A DNA stretch of 64,000 nt from an uncultured Spirochaetota bacterium (GCA_963745235.1 CAVUXE010000029.1:96001-160000); one strand, 5' to 3'. Shown: positions 1 through 10,698, numbered from the stretch's first letter. Translations and numbers: made by a program. Notes: a model not told the origin generated them from the sequence alone.

Positions 1-276
1 AAGTACCCTCTCCAGCTGGACCTCGGGAAGCTGGCATGCGACGGGAAGGAGTTCCGCCGCGCTCTCGCCGCTGAGGGCATTCCCGAATGCGGGGCGCCTG
101 GTCCCGAAGCCTACGAGGAGCCGGCGCTCAGCAGGTGGGCTCGGGGCCGCTGCGAGACGGCGGAGGCCCTGCGGGAAAGGACCGTTCTGCTCGGGCTTTC
201 TCCGAGCTGGGAGAAGTCCCACATCGAGACGTGCGTCGCAGCCGTGAAGAAAGTGCTGCGCGTATATCGTCGCTGA
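1..276 (+). CDS. C-terminal fragment, probable DegT/DnrJ/EryC1/StrS aminotransferase family
   Basis: Frame 1 is open from the window edge to TGA 274-276; ...FRRALAAEGIP...CETAEALRERTVLLGLSPSW...VAAVKKV resembles the DegT C-terminus. Confidence 0.55.
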   Translation, partial: KYPLQLDLGKLACDGKEFRRALAAEGIPECGAPGPEAYEEPALSRWARGRCETAEALRERTVLLGLSPSWEKSHIETCVAAVKKVLRVYRR

Positions 277-294
277 ACAAACAGGGAGACACAG

Positions 295-1086
295 GTGAAG
301 CACAAGGTGCGGGGAGTAGAGATCGAGGCCGTGCGCGCCAGGGCGGACGATGTGGCGGCAGAGATGGTTGCACCCGAGGAGACCCTTCCCGGAGATACCG
401 GAAGCCTTGCGGACGAACGGGCCGTCAGGGCGGCGTGCGCCCGGGCGCTCGTGGAGGCGCAGGTACGGAGCATGTCCTCGGTTGCCCTTCCCGCGTTCGG
501 CATCCGGCCGGGAGGCATCACGGAGGTCGCGGCGGCCAAGATCATGGTGCAGGAAGCAATACGGGTGGCCCGTGCCGGCCCGTCCAGCCTGCGCCGCATT
601 GTCCTGTGCCACCCGGCGGCGGAGGGCTTCGACGTTTTCTCCCGCGCCGTGAACGGCTATATCAGGCATTTCCTTGACGTGCTCCTCTGGGGGCCCTTTC
701 TCACCGTGGATGCCATCATCGAGGTCTCTGGCGGGATCGTGCTCGTCCAGCGCTCCAATCCCCCGTTGGGCTTCGCGCTGCCCGGCGGGTTCGTCGACTA
801 CGGGGAAACCCTGGAGGACGCCGTTCGAAGGGAGGCGCGGGAAGAGACGGACCTCGAGCTCCTTGATCTTGCGCAGCTGCACACCTATTCCGACCCCGCG
901 CGGGACCCGCGGTTCCACACGGTGACCACGGTCTTCACCGCCCGCGCAGACGGCACGCCGCGGGCCGGAGACGATGCCGCCGGCATCAAGGTTGCGACTC
1001 CTGCTGAGATAAAGAGCCTGAGCTTTGCCTTTGACCACGCGCAGGTGCTGGGAGATTACCTGGACCGCAGGGAGACGGGCCGGTAG
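295..1086 (+). CDS. Macro-domain-like / NUDIX hydrolase fusion
   Basis: N-half SVALPAFG..GG...AAKIM is macro-like; C-half has the Nudix box GGFVDYGETLEDAVRREAREETDL plus RDPRFH and AGDDA...FAFDH. Confidence 0.8.
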   Translation: MKHKVRGVEIEAVRARADDVAAEMVAPEETLPGDTGSLADERAVRAACARALVEAQVRSMSSVALPAFGIRPGGITEVAAAKIMVQEAIRVARAGPSSLRRIVLCHPAAEGFDVFSRAVNGYIRHFLDVLLWGPFLTVDAIIEVSGGIVLVQRSNPPLGFALPGGFVDYGETLEDAVRREAREETDLELLDLAQLHTYSDPARDPRFHTVTTVFTARADGTPRAGDDAAGIKVATPAEIKSLSFAFDHAQVLGDYLDRRETGR

Positions 1087-1892
1087 GCCCTGACTCGGCG
1101 TCCAGACCCCATGGGTTTGCAATTCCGGCTTCGAGCGCCCGACACGCGGGGTTGATCCCCAGCCTGGTCAGGGCGAAATCATAGCGCACGGGGTCCCGCG
1201 GGCTCAGCGCGGCGAACCCGTGCGTCACTTCCACCGCGGTCTTCAGGTCCGCCTGCTTGCGCCGCGTCAGGCCCAGCCCTCCGCTGATTCGAAACAGATG
1301 CGTATCCAGGGGAACGATGAGGAGCGCCGGCGATACGGCGGTCCACGGGCCCGGGTCAACGGCATCCCGCCGGGTCATCCAGCGAAGGTACAGGTTGAGA
1401 CGCTTGCAGGCGCTGCCGTCCGCGGGTGAGGACAGGAGGCTCGCGCATGCGCCGGGTCCGCCGGGCAAATCCCCTGAGCCGGTCTACGAACTCCGCGAGG
1501 GCCGGAAGGACCGATTCATCACTGCAGCCAAGCCCCGCTGCAAAGAGCCCTTCGAGGCTGCCGCTCGTCTCGACTGCCCGCTTGATCCCGACGAGAAGCG
1601 ATGAGACTTCGCCGCCGGTTGTGAACCGGTGCTTGAAGCCGTCGAAGAGCTCGAAGATCTCCCCCGGCTGCGCGCGCTCCAGGAAGGACCGGGGGCGCTG
1701 GAGCCGGCGCAGCACCGTGCGGATGCTCGCCAGGATCTGCGCGACCCTGCCGTAGGCCAGGCAGGCCGCAATGAGCCCGGCAATCTCCTGGTCCCGGGGG
1801 TCACTGTAGTCGTAGAGGGTCTCCAGCGGGTCGGGATGGACGAACTCTCTTCTGTTATATGCGAGGTAGAGACGCTCGAGTCGTCCCTTCAG
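986..1892 (-). CDS. TIGR02757/DUF2400 family protein (frameshifted near 1465; start approximate)
   Basis: DPLE..YD..DPRDQEIAGLIAACLAYGRVAQI; SACKRLNLYLRWM.RRD.VDPG; VPLDTH; DPVRYDFAL. Confidence 0.8.
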
Positions 1893-4564
1893 CCGCTGAG
1901 CACCCGTACGTATCCCTCTATCTTCTCAATGCGGCGGGAAAGCTCGGCCAGCTTCTCTTTTTCTCGATCCACGATCTCCCGGGGGGCACGGTCCACGAAG
2001 GCGGCAGTGGCAAGCTTTGCTTCCGTGCGCTTCTTCTCCGCCTCCGTCCTTTCCTTGTCCTTCGCAAGCCGGGCAAGCTCTTTTGGCGCATCGATGGCTT
2101 CGCGGATGACCACGAACACTTCGAATCCCTTGCCGGCCGCGGCGATGCTGCCGTCCCGCTTCCCGCTCACGGCCGCGGAGCCGGCCGCCGTAATGGACAG
2201 TTCCCGCGAGCCTGTCAGGTGGGCCACGAGCTGCCGGTGCGCCTCGAAGTTTTGCAGCAACCCCATGCCCGTCTCAGCGAGCACTGCCACGTCCACCTTG
2301 CTGTCAGGCGGGATTGTGAACTCCGCCCTGATGGTCCGCACGGCGCGGACGAGCTCCTGGAGTGAAGAGAACTTGGCTTCCACCGCGGCATCTGCCCGGC
2401 GGCCATCCCCGGCAGGGTAGGGCTGAAGCATGACCGAACCTCTGGCGTCCGGGAGCTTCTTGTAGATCTCCTCCGTTATCAAGGGAAGGAAAGGGTGCAG
2501 GAGCCGCAGCGACTCTTCGAGGATCGCCAGAAGGAGCGTGACGATCCTGTCCTTTTCCGCGTCGTCACCCGAGGCCAGGGGAAGCTTTGCCGCTTCAATG
2601 TACCAGTCGCAGAAGTCGCTCCAGAAAAACTCGTAGACCGCCTGGGCGGCGTCGTTGAAGCGGTATCCTTCCAGGGCGGTCCTGGACGCTGCCGCCGCGG
2701 CATCCAGGCGATGGAAGATCCAGCGGTCGATGTCCGTTCGCCGGACCGTGGAGGCATCCAGCAGCGTGCGTCCTTCGAGGTTCATGAGGAGATAGCGAGA
2801 CGCGTTCCAGATCTTGTTGCCGAACCGGGAGCCGAGCTTCACCGCTTCCTTGTCGAAGAGCACGTCCTGTCCCTGGGCCGCGAGGAACGCCATGGTGAAC
2901 TTGAGCGCGTCCGCGCCGTACTCATCGATGATCTCCAGGGGGTCCACGCCGTTGCCGAGGCTCTTGGACATCTTGCGGCCCTGCTTGTCCCGGACAAGAC
3001 CGTGGATGTAGATGTCGCGGAAGGGGACCTCGCCCATGAACTCCAGCCCCATCATGATCATGCGGGCCACCCAGAAGAAGATGATCTCGTACGCGGTGAT
3101 CAGCGTCGTGGTGGGATAGAAGCGCTTGAGATCCGGCGTCTTTTCAGGCCAGCCGAGCGTGGAGAAGGGCCACAGGGCAGAAGAGAACCAGGTGTCCAGC
3201 ACGTCCGGGTCCTGCTCGATCTCTGCGCTCCCGCACTTGCTGCATGCGGCCGGGTCCTCGCGGGACACCGTCATCTGGCCGCACTTCCCGCAGTACCACA
3301 CGGGTATCCGGTGTCCCCACCAGAGCTGGCGGGAGATGCACCAGTCCCGGATGGTGCGCAGCCAGCTGGAATAGGTGTTCTCCCATCTCTGCGGGTAGAA
3401 GCGCAGCTTCCCGTCCTGCCATGCCTTCAGGGCCTTCTCCGCAAGGGGCTGCATCTTCACGAACCACTGGTCGGAGAGGAAAGGCTCGATGACGGTGTTG
3501 CAGCGGTAGCAATGTCCGACCTGGTGCGTGTGCGGCTCCTCTTTGAGGAAGAGCCCCGCGGCCTTGATGTCCTCCAGCACTTTTGCGCGCGCTTTCTGCA
3601 CGCTCAGTCCCCGATACTGCTCGGGCACATTGTCGTTCAGCCTGCCCGCGGGGGTGAGGATGTTGATCTGGGGAAGGCTGTGGCGCCGACCGATATCGTA
3701 GTCCACCGGGTCATGCGCCGGCGTCACTTTCACCGCGCCTGTTCCGAACGTCATGTCGATCTGCGGGTCCGCGATGATCGGGATTGTCCGGCCGGTGAGC
3801 GGCAGGGCCACCATTTTGCCCACCAGATGACGGTAGCGCACGTCTTCGGGATTCACGGCCACCGCGGCGTCCCCGAGCATCGTCTCCGGCCGGGTGGTGG
3901 CAATGGTTATCGAGCCCGAGCCGTCAGCCAGGGGATAGTGGTAATGGTACATCTTGCCCCGCACTTCCTCGTGCTCCACCTCGTCGTCGGAGATTGCCGT
4001 GCGGCACGAGGGGCACCAGTTCACGAGGTAGTTGCCGCGATAGATGAGGCCTTTTTCGAAAAGGGACACGAAGACTTCCCGGACCGCCCGTGAGAGGCCT
4101 TCGTCGAACGTGAAGCGCTCCCGGCTCCAGTCGCAGGATGAGCCGAGCTTCTGGAGCTGCTTCACGATGATGCCGTGGTGCTCCCGGGTGACCTTCCAGG
4201 TCTCTTCCAGGAACTTTTCCCTGCCGATCTCTTCCCGGCTCGTTCCGCGCTTCTTCAGCGCCTTTTCCACCACGTGCTGGGTGGCGATGCCCGCGTGGTC
4301 CGTCCCCGGCACCCACAGGGTGTCGTCCCCCAGCATGCGGTGGTAGCGCACCTCGATGTCCTGGAGGCTGTTGTTCAGGCCGTGCCCCATGTGGAGGACG
4401 CCCGTCACGTTGGGCGGCGGGATGACCACGACGAATCGCGTGGTGGCGGCGCGGCCCGTCGGCGTCGGGGCTGGAGCGAAGTAGCCTTTCTCCAGCCATT
4501 CGCTGTAGATCCTGTCCTCGTAGCTCTTCGGGTCGAAAGCCTTGCTCAGCTCGATCGCTTTCAT
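1889..4564 (-). CDS. valS: valine--tRNA ligase
   Basis: PPPNVTGVLHMGH, DWCISRQLWWGH, KMSKS motifs, C-terminal coiled coil. Confidence 0.97.
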   Translation of the reverse strand: MKAIELSKAFDPKSYEDRIYSEWLEKGYFAPAPTPTGRAATTRFVVVIPPPNVTGVLHMGHGLNNSLQDIEVRYHRMLGDDTLWVPGTDHAGIATQHVVEKALKKRGTSREEIGREKFLEETWKVTREHHGIIVKQLQKLGSSCDWSRERFTFDEGLSRAVREVFVSLFEKGLIYRGNYLVNWCPSCRTAISDDEVEHEEVRGKMYHYHYPLADGSGSITIATTRPETMLGDAAVAVNPEDVRYRHLVGKMVALPLTGRTIPIIADPQIDMTFGTGAVKVTPAHDPVDYDIGRRHSLPQINILTPAGRLNDNVPEQYRGLSVQKARAKVLEDIKAAGLFLKEEPHTHQVGHCYRCNTVIEPFLSDQWFVKMQPLAEKALKAWQDGKLRFYPQRWENTYSSWLRTIRDWCISRQLWWGHRIPVWYCGKCGQMTVSREDPAACSKCGSAEIEQDPDVLDTWFSSALWPFSTLGWPEKTPDLKRFYPTTTLITAYEIIFFWVARMIMMGLEFMGEVPFRDIYIHGLVRDKQGRKMSKSLGNGVDPLEIIDEYGADALKFTMAFLAAQGQDVLFDKEAVKLGSRFGNKIWNASRYLLMNLEGRTLLDASTVRRTDIDRWIFHRLDAAAAASRTALEGYRFNDAAQAVYEFFWSDFCDWYIEAAKLPLASGDDAEKDRIVTLLLAILEESLRLLHPFLPLITEEIYKKLPDARGSVMLQPYPAGDGRRADAAVEAKFSSLQELVRAVRTIRAEFTIPPDSKVDVAVLAETGMGLLQNFEAHRQLVAHLTGSRELSITAAGSAAVSGKRDGSIAAAGKGFEVFVVIREAIDAPKELARLAKDKERTEAEKKRTEAKLATAAFVDRAPREIVDREKEKLAELSRRIEKIEGYVRVLSG

Positions 4565-4633
4565 GTGGCGTGGAATATAACAAAAGAGGCGTCGCATTGA
4601 CAGCGCTTCCCGGCGCTCCTACTATGGAGGGCA

Positions 4634-5557
4634 ATGAGTGGCCGAGTCCTGGTCTTCGGAAGCATCAACACTGACCTCACCGTGTACGTGGACAAGCTGC
4701 CGCATCCCGGGGAAACGGTGACCGGCGGAAGCTGGGACAGCTTTCCCGGCGGAAAAGGCGCCAACCAGTCGGTTGCCGCGGCCCGGGCCGGCGCGGAGGT
4801 GGCCGTCTACGGCTGCCTGGGAGACGACGCATTCGGACGGGACCGGCTTGCCAGCCTGGCTGCGACCGGCATCTCAGTCACGGGGGTCCTGGTGAAGGCG
4901 GGCGTGCGCTCGGGGGTTGCCCTCATCATGGTGGACGCGGAAGGGGAAAACTCCATTGCCGTTGCCCCGGGGGCCAACATGCGGTTTGAGGCAGGCGCGG
5001 TGGACATCCCCGCTGTCCCCCACGGCGAGACATGGGTGTCTCTCTTCCAGAACGAGATCCCCCGGGAGACAACCGAGTCCCTCATCATGAAGACCCGGGC
5101 AGCCGGGTGCGTGGTGATGTGGAACCTTGCTCCGACAATCGGCCGCCGCCCCGCGGCGGAAATCCTTGGCTCCGTGGACTACCTCGTGTGCAACAGGAAC
5201 GAGATCAAGGCGCTTGTCAGCGGGGATGATGACCTTGAACGCCAGGCGAGAGTGCCGCTTGGCTGGGGCGTGAAGAACGTCATCGTCACCCTGGGCAGGG
5301 AAGGCAGCGTCTGGCTGAACGGCCGTGAGACCTTCCGTCAGCGGGCTTTCCCCGTTGAGGCGGTGGACTCCGTGGGCGCCGGTGACTGCTTTTGCGGCGT
5401 GCTCGCCGCTTCACTGGCGTCCGGCAGCCCGGTAGAGGCCGCGTTGCATCGGGCTTCCGCCGCGGCCGCCATCTCCACAACGCGTCGGGGAGCGCAGCCG
5501 TCCATGCCGACTGCCGCGGAGATCGAGGACTTCCTACTTCGTCGGGAGCGGGTCTGA
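4634..5557 (+). CDS. rbsK: ribokinase (PfkB family)
   Basis: GSINTDL, PGGKGANQ, DSVGAGDCF, GAQPS. Confidence 0.9.
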   Translation: MSGRVLVFGSINTDLTVYVDKLPHPGETVTGGSWDSFPGGKGANQSVAAARAGAEVAVYGCLGDDAFGRDRLASLAATGISVTGVLVKAGVRSGVALIMVDAEGENSIAVAPGANMRFEAGAVDIPAVPHGETWVSLFQNEIPRETTESLIMKTRAAGCVVMWNLAPTIGRRPAAEILGSVDYLVCNRNEIKALVSGDDDLERQARVPLGWGVKNVIVTLGREGSVWLNGRETFRQRAFPVEAVDSVGAGDCFCGVLAASLASGSPVEAALHRASAAAAISTTRRGAQPSMPTAAEIEDFLLRRERV

Positions 5558-6905
5558 ACGCAGGCGATCGATCCTGAAGATGACCCAGTCTCCCCGGTCT
5601 TTTTTCATGAACACCCTGTCCTGGACGGAGTGGCCGTCGTAGCGCGGCTCGGCGGGCTGATTGGACGCGGTTTCATTCCCGCCTGGAAGCGGCGTCCACT
5701 TGTCATAGGAGACCAGAAAGACGGGCAGTGGCTCCGCCTGCTCCTGTTTCACGGAGAGCCCTGTCACCCCGTACAGGGTCTGCGGTGGCGGGATGGGAGG
5801 CCGGCCGCTTTGTCCCAGTCCGCCGCGGACACGATATTGGATCTCCCCTCGTACCCGGTGGATACGCGGGAGATCACGTAGAGGTTGGTCACCTCGTTGA
5901 TCTCGCCTTTTCCCGCGCCGTCGATGACGCAGGCTCCCATGGTCATTTGGTCCAGCTTGTTCATGCTGGAGTAGAAGGCCTGCACGACCTCCCGTGGCGT
6001 GAAGCCGCGCGTCACGCGCGGAGCCAAGACACCCTTGAGGATGCTGCCGACCCCGGCCCCAACCACGATGACGACGGCCGCGATGATGAGGGCTGTCCGC
6101 CAGTTCTTCTCCCAGAAGACACGGCGCTGAAACCTCTGCACCGCTTGCGGGGTTGTGGTGGCTCCTCCCCGGGAAGCTCTTCGCAACGCGCCGTCTTTTT
6201 GCCAGGCCTGAAGGCTCTGCGCCCACTCATCGAGGGTCGGCGCGCCGCGCCGGGCGCGCGACAGCGCGGCCATGATGATGTCCGACGCTTCAGCGGAGAT
6301 CCCGGGGGCCGCTTCCGCGGGTGACAGGATCTCCAGCTTGCGCATCTGCTCGTGGATATCCTCCGAGGACTCGCCTTGAAAAGGAAATACGCCCGTGATC
6401 TCCCGGTAGAGCAGGGCGCCCAGCGCGAAGGAGAGCATTGCTTCACCCCGAAGGTCAGGATTGTGAGTGGACTCGAATGTGTCACGGTTCATTGTGAACG
6501 GCCGCAGCTCGCGGAGCTCGCGCATGACCTCCGCCGGGAGAAAAAGGACGCTGCCGTCATCACAGAAGAGCACCGCGTCGGTCTGGAGGGGGAAAAGCGG
6601 GATGCTCCTTTCCTTCAGCAGCGCCAGCGCTTCGGCAAGCCGGAAGAAGAACGGAAGAGCCTGGTCCGGGGAAGCTCGAGAACGGAAGCAAGGGAGCGGG
6701 AAGGGACCCAGGGACCATACAGGACGGTCCCTCCCGACTGCTCCGCGATTCCGGAAAAGCGCCACTCCCTGATGGACGGAGGCGCCGCGTGCCACCCCGG
6801 GGAGCCTTTGAGCGCAAGGATCCGCGTCAACGCGGTCCCCCGTGCCGGGGACCCCACGGGAACGCCAAGGTATTTCACTCCGCTGATAATGATATCAAGC
6901 GCCAT
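5534..6905 (-). CDS. conserved hypothetical membrane-anchored protein with degenerate kinase-like N-domain (frameshifted twice)
   Basis: Joined from ORFs 6615..7130, 5764..6795 and 5534..6226; FALGALLYREITGVFPF resembles kinase subdomain IX; one TM (ALIIAAVVIVVGAGVG). Confidence 0.5.
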
Positions 6906-6919
6906 GGGAAAGGCCGACC

Positions 6920-7474
6920 CTACTCTTCCTGCTCGAAGACCATCGCGCTGAAAACTTCTATCTGAGTCTGCGGATCCCTCCAGGCGTCCGGCGGCAGGCC
7001 CGCCTTGCGGCAGGCATGGGAAAGGAAGGCCTCCCGGTCCCAGCCCTGCTCGGCAGCCACCTGCGGCAGGAGGAGGCCGGAGTTGAAGCCGCTTCGGACC
7101 AGGACGCCATGGGTCCCCACGCACACGCACCGGGGATCATCGACAGCCTTCAGAGGGGAGAGGACGGAAACCTCGACGTGGACGCGCCGCCACTCTGCCC
7201 GTGTGACCGGAGGAAATCGAGGGTCTTCGAACGCGCTGGAAACCGCGACCTCCTTGACGGTCTGGAGGAGCGCTTTCGCGGAGGAGATCCGCCCGATGCA
7301 TCCCCGCAGCGACCCTTCTGATTTCAGGGTGACAAACGCGCCGCATTGGATCATGAGCGCGGGCGTGACGGCGGCGGGATAGCAGCCTCCCTTCTCCGAC
7401 AGCCGGGATGCGATTGCGGACCTGGCTGCCTGGATGAGCACCTGTCCGTCTTCCTGCGTCAGGGCGAGGCTCAT
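6920..7474 (-). CDS. amrA: AmmeMemoRadiSam system protein A (AMMECR1)
   Basis: GAFVTL, LRGCIG, DPRFPP, EVSVLS, GLLLPQVA, KAG. Confidence 0.92.
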   Translation of the reverse strand: MSLALTQEDGQVLIQAARSAIASRLSEKGGCYPAAVTPALMIQCGAFVTLKSEGSLRGCIGRISSAKALLQTVKEVAVSSAFEDPRFPPVTRAEWRRVHVEVSVLSPLKAVDDPRCVCVGTHGVLVRSGFNSGLLLPQVAAEQGWDREAFLSHACRKAGLPPDAWRDPQTQIEVFSAMVFEQEE

Positions 7475-8304
7475 TGTCCCAGTCCAATGGCCGCGTAGTT
7501 GACCGTGCGCTCGGGGTCCTTTTCCTTTTCGTGTGAGGAGGCGCGGTTGAGGATCTCTATCCTCGCCCCCGGGCCGGCGAGACACATGAGCGCCGCAATG
7601 ATGGTTGCCCCGCAGGCGCTGATCTTTTTCTTCTGCTCGGCGGCTATCAGCGCCCGCCAGTCCCCGGTGCCGAGCAGCTCTTCCATGCTGGCGCACTCGC
7701 TGTCGGTGTCCTTGCCGCTCATGTAGGAAGCCATGTTGGAGGAGACGATGCAGACAAGCGAGCTGGCGTCCTCCGCCATGGCCGAGCGAAGTCCGGCGAG
7801 AAGAGCGGCCACCGCGGCCGTCCCGCGGCTCCCCACGAGGATGGGCACAACCGCGGCGTCGGGGAAGACACGCGCCACGAAAGGAAGCTGGACCTCCAGG
7901 CAGTGCTCCTCCAGGTGGAAGATGTCATTGCGGACAAACGCCGGATCGCTGGCGAGCATGAGAGAGACCACCCTTTCATCCACGGGGATCTCCCCGAGGG
8001 GCGTGGCGAACCGCTGCGATTCCGGGAGGAAGAAGCCGCTCTGGGGATCCCGATGCACGGGCCCCATGAGGATGACCGTGCGCGCCGCGCGCCGGCTCAC
8101 GCACCGAAACGCTGAGGCCATGACGGCGCCCGCCAGCTCATAGCCTGCATGGGGCGAGACGGCGGCAAAGCAGGAGCCCGTCGGGGTGAGGGAGGAGGCT
8201 AGGAGCTGGTCAACGAGTGTCGCAAGCTGGTCGCTCTTGGCCGGGTAGAAGAGGCCATCCACAATCGGCGGACGGACCCTCGCCCTGAGCGGTGTGACGC
8301 CCAT
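7471..8304 (-). CDS. amrB: AmmeMemoRadiSam system protein B (Memo-like)
   Basis: RPPIVDGLFYP, SPHAGY, GPVH, EHCLEVQLPF, ACG. Confidence 0.9.
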   Translation of the reverse strand: MGVTPLRARVRPPIVDGLFYPAKSDQLATLVDQLLASSLTPTGSCFAAVSPHAGYELAGAVMASAFRCVSRRAARTVILMGPVHRDPQSGFFLPESQRFATPLGEIPVDERVVSLMLASDPAFVRNDIFHLEEHCLEVQLPFVARVFPDAAVVPILVGSRGTAAVAALLAGLRSAMAEDASSLVCIVSSNMASYMSGKDTDSECASMEELLGTGDWRALIAAEQKKKISACGATIIAALMCLAGPGARIEILNRASSHEKEKDPERTVNYAAIGLGQ

Positions 8305-8442
8305 AACGAAAAGTATCGTGGAATGCCGGCGTGATTGCAAGTAGCGGCCCCGGCGGCCCCTGGCAGATCCTTGACTACGATCGGACTTCCGTCCTATTTT
8401 CAGCTGCGCGGTGAGATATCTCACCCACAGGAGAGGAAAGAG

Positions 8443-8988
8443 GTGAGATTCGTTCCCCGGAAACTGTTCCTGACCCGCGGGGTCGGGATCAACAAGGAAA
8501 AGCTGAACAGCTTCGAGATGGCGCTCCGGAACGCCGGCATCGCGCACCTCAACATCGTGCGCGTCTCCTCGATTTTTCCGCCCGGCTGCAAGATCGCAAG
8601 CCCTGAAGAGGGACTTGCCGCGCTGGAAGCCGGCGAGGTCACATTCGTCGTGCTCGCGGAGATGGCCACCAACGAGCCCGGGCGCCGCATCGCCTCCTCC
8701 ATCGGCATCGCCATTCCCGCGGACCAGAAGATGTACGGATACCTCTCCGAGCACCACGTCTACGGGCAGACGGAGAAGGAAGCGGGGGACTACGCGGAGG
8801 ACCTTGCCGCCTCCATGCTCGCCACCCTGCTCGGCGTGCCCTTCGACCTGGACAAGGACTACAACGAGCGGCGCGAGCAGTACCGCATGGGCGGCCACAT
8901 CGTCGACAGCACCAGCATCACGCAGACTGCGGAAGGCGCCTCGGGAGGGGTCTGGACCACGGTCGTCTCCGCCGCGGTTCTCCTGTAG
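8443..8988 (+). CDS. pyruvoyl-dependent arginine decarboxylase
   Basis: SFEMALRNAGI, NIVRVSSIFPP (Ser-Ser self-cleavage site), YGYLSEHH, WTTV. Confidence 0.88.
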   Translation: MRFVPRKLFLTRGVGINKEKLNSFEMALRNAGIAHLNIVRVSSIFPPGCKIASPEEGLAALEAGEVTFVVLAEMATNEPGRRIASSIGIAIPADQKMYGYLSEHHVYGQTEKEAGDYAEDLAASMLATLLGVPFDLDKDYNERREQYRMGGHIVDSTSITQTAEGASGGVWTTVVSAAVLL

Positions 8989-9001
8989 CAATCCGACGGA
9001 G

Positions 9002-10093
9002 ATGGCTCAGACGCCGCCACCGGGACGCGAGCTTGCTCCCCGGCCCCTTTCCGCGGGCATCGGGGTCGATACGCTTGTCGACGAGTTTCTTCCTCTCCTA
9101 CAACGCCGGGCGGCTGCGCGAGGCCTGCCACATCTTCGCGGACAAGATGCTGGAGCCCGACGTCACGGTGGGCCTCACCATCAGCGGCGCGCTCACCCCG
9201 ACGGGGCTGGGCTACGCCGCCTTCGTCCCCCTGGTCGAGGCCGGTTTCGTGGACTGGATCGTGTCCACGGGCGCGAACATCTACCATGACATGCACCGCT
9301 CCCTGGGCTTCTCCCTGTACGGCATCTCTCCCGGCGTGGACGACGTGGCGCTGCGCCGGGACGGCATCATCCGCATCTACGACATCGTTTTCGACGCGGA
9401 CGTGCTCTTCAAGACCGACGAGTTCATCGCCGAGGTGCTGAAGTCCGCCGAGTTCCAGAAGCGCATGTCCACCGCGGAGCTGCACTGGCGGCTGGGCCGC
9501 TACGTGCGGGAGCGGGAGAAGCTGCTGCGGCACCGCTTACCGCTCCCTGATCGGCGCCGCCTGGGAATGCGGGGTGCCCATCTACACCTCGAGCCCCGGC
9601 GACTCGAGCCTCGGCATGGGCCTTGCGTCCCTGCGCCTGCAGGGCTACGAGGTCGGCTTCGATCCCGAGCTGGACGTGAACGAGACCGCGGCCATCGTCT
9701 ACGATGCCAAGCGAATCCGGCGGAAAAAGCGGCGTGCTCATCCTCGGCGGCGGCAGCCCCAAGAACTTCGCGCTGCAGACCGAGCCGCAGATCCAGGAGA
9801 TCTACAGGCTGGCGGAAAAGGGGCACGACTACTTCATCCAGGTCACCGACGCGCGCGTGGACACCGGCGGCCTCTCCGGGGCCACCTCGCAGGAGGCGGT
9901 CACCTGGGGCAAGGTGGACCCCGACCAGCTCCCCGACACGGTGGTCTGCTACACGGACAGCACCATCGCCCTTCCCATCATGACGGCATACGCGCTCACA
10001 AAGAGAAAACCGCGCGCGCTCAAGCGCCTGTATGACAGGCGCGTCCAGATGCTCTCCCGGCTCGCATCGGACTTCAGAAATCAAGCTACGTGA
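9002..10093 (+). CDS. deoxyhypusine synthase-like protein / homospermidine synthase (SpeY-like), frameshifted
   Basis: [45 protein letters not shown], spread over several frames. Confidence 0.85.
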
Positions 10094-10616
10094 TCGTGTC
10101 CAGATCCCTTCGGGCGTGGTCGAGAATCTCGAAGACCTTTGCCATCTGGTCCGGATTGTTGCCGCAGCGTGAGGCGGCGCGGGCGGCTGACTTCATGACG
10201 TGCATGGCCGGCCCCGCAACCCCGGCGATGTGCGGCCCCATGAACGCGTTCCAGTCCCCCCAGCCCCATCCTCCGGCGCGCTCCCACATCTCGCTCACGC
10301 CGGCCGCGTTCTTCTCCAGTTCCTGCCCGCCGGCTTCAGTGATCTGGTAGACGCGTTTGCCCTCCTGCTGAACGGATGTAACGAGTCCCTCATCTTCCAG
10401 TTGTTGGAGAGTCGGGTATACGGCACCTGCGCTGGCCCTGTATGTTCCCCCCGACTTTGCTTCCAGGGTTTTCATCAGCTCGTAGCCATGTTTCGGACCT
10501 TCCTTCAGGAGCGACAAGATGGCCAGTCGGAGCTCCCCGGGCGCAAAGAACCGCCCCCAGTGCCCCATGCCGCCCATCCATCCTCCCCAAGGTCCCCAAT
10601 GTCTATGCATTCTCAT
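10086..10616 (-). CDS. PadR family transcriptional regulator
   Basis: [40 protein letters not shown]; GGAGGT RBS. Confidence 0.92.
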   Translation of the reverse strand: MRMHRHWGPWGGWMGGMGHWGRFFAPGELRLAILSLLKEGPKHGYELMKTLEAKSGGTYRASAGAVYPTLQQLEDEGLVTSVQQEGKRVYQITEAGGQELEKNAAGVSEMWERAGGWGWGDWNAFMGPHIAGVAGPAMHVMKSAARAASRCGNNPDQMAKVFEILDHARRDLDTIT

Positions 10617-10640
10617 ACCTCCTATCAAAAGTATGACTGA

Positions 10641-10669
10641 AGTATATCTAAAGATATATCACAAGTCAA
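10641..10669 (-). promoter_or_regulatory. sigma70 promoter of padR with overlapping palindromic operator
   Basis: TTGACT-17 bp-TATACT on the minus strand; perfect IR TATATCT-AA-AGATATA at 10643-10658. Confidence 0.75.
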
Positions 10670-10698
10670 TCCAACGATAGTGCTAGCGATAGGGTGAG

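Noticed and set aside
2495-4093. Long antisense ORFs (532 aa here; also 25349-26863, 30301-32392, 57372-58907)
   Set aside because: Shadow ORFs opposite well-supported genes in high-GC DNA, with no recognisable motifs
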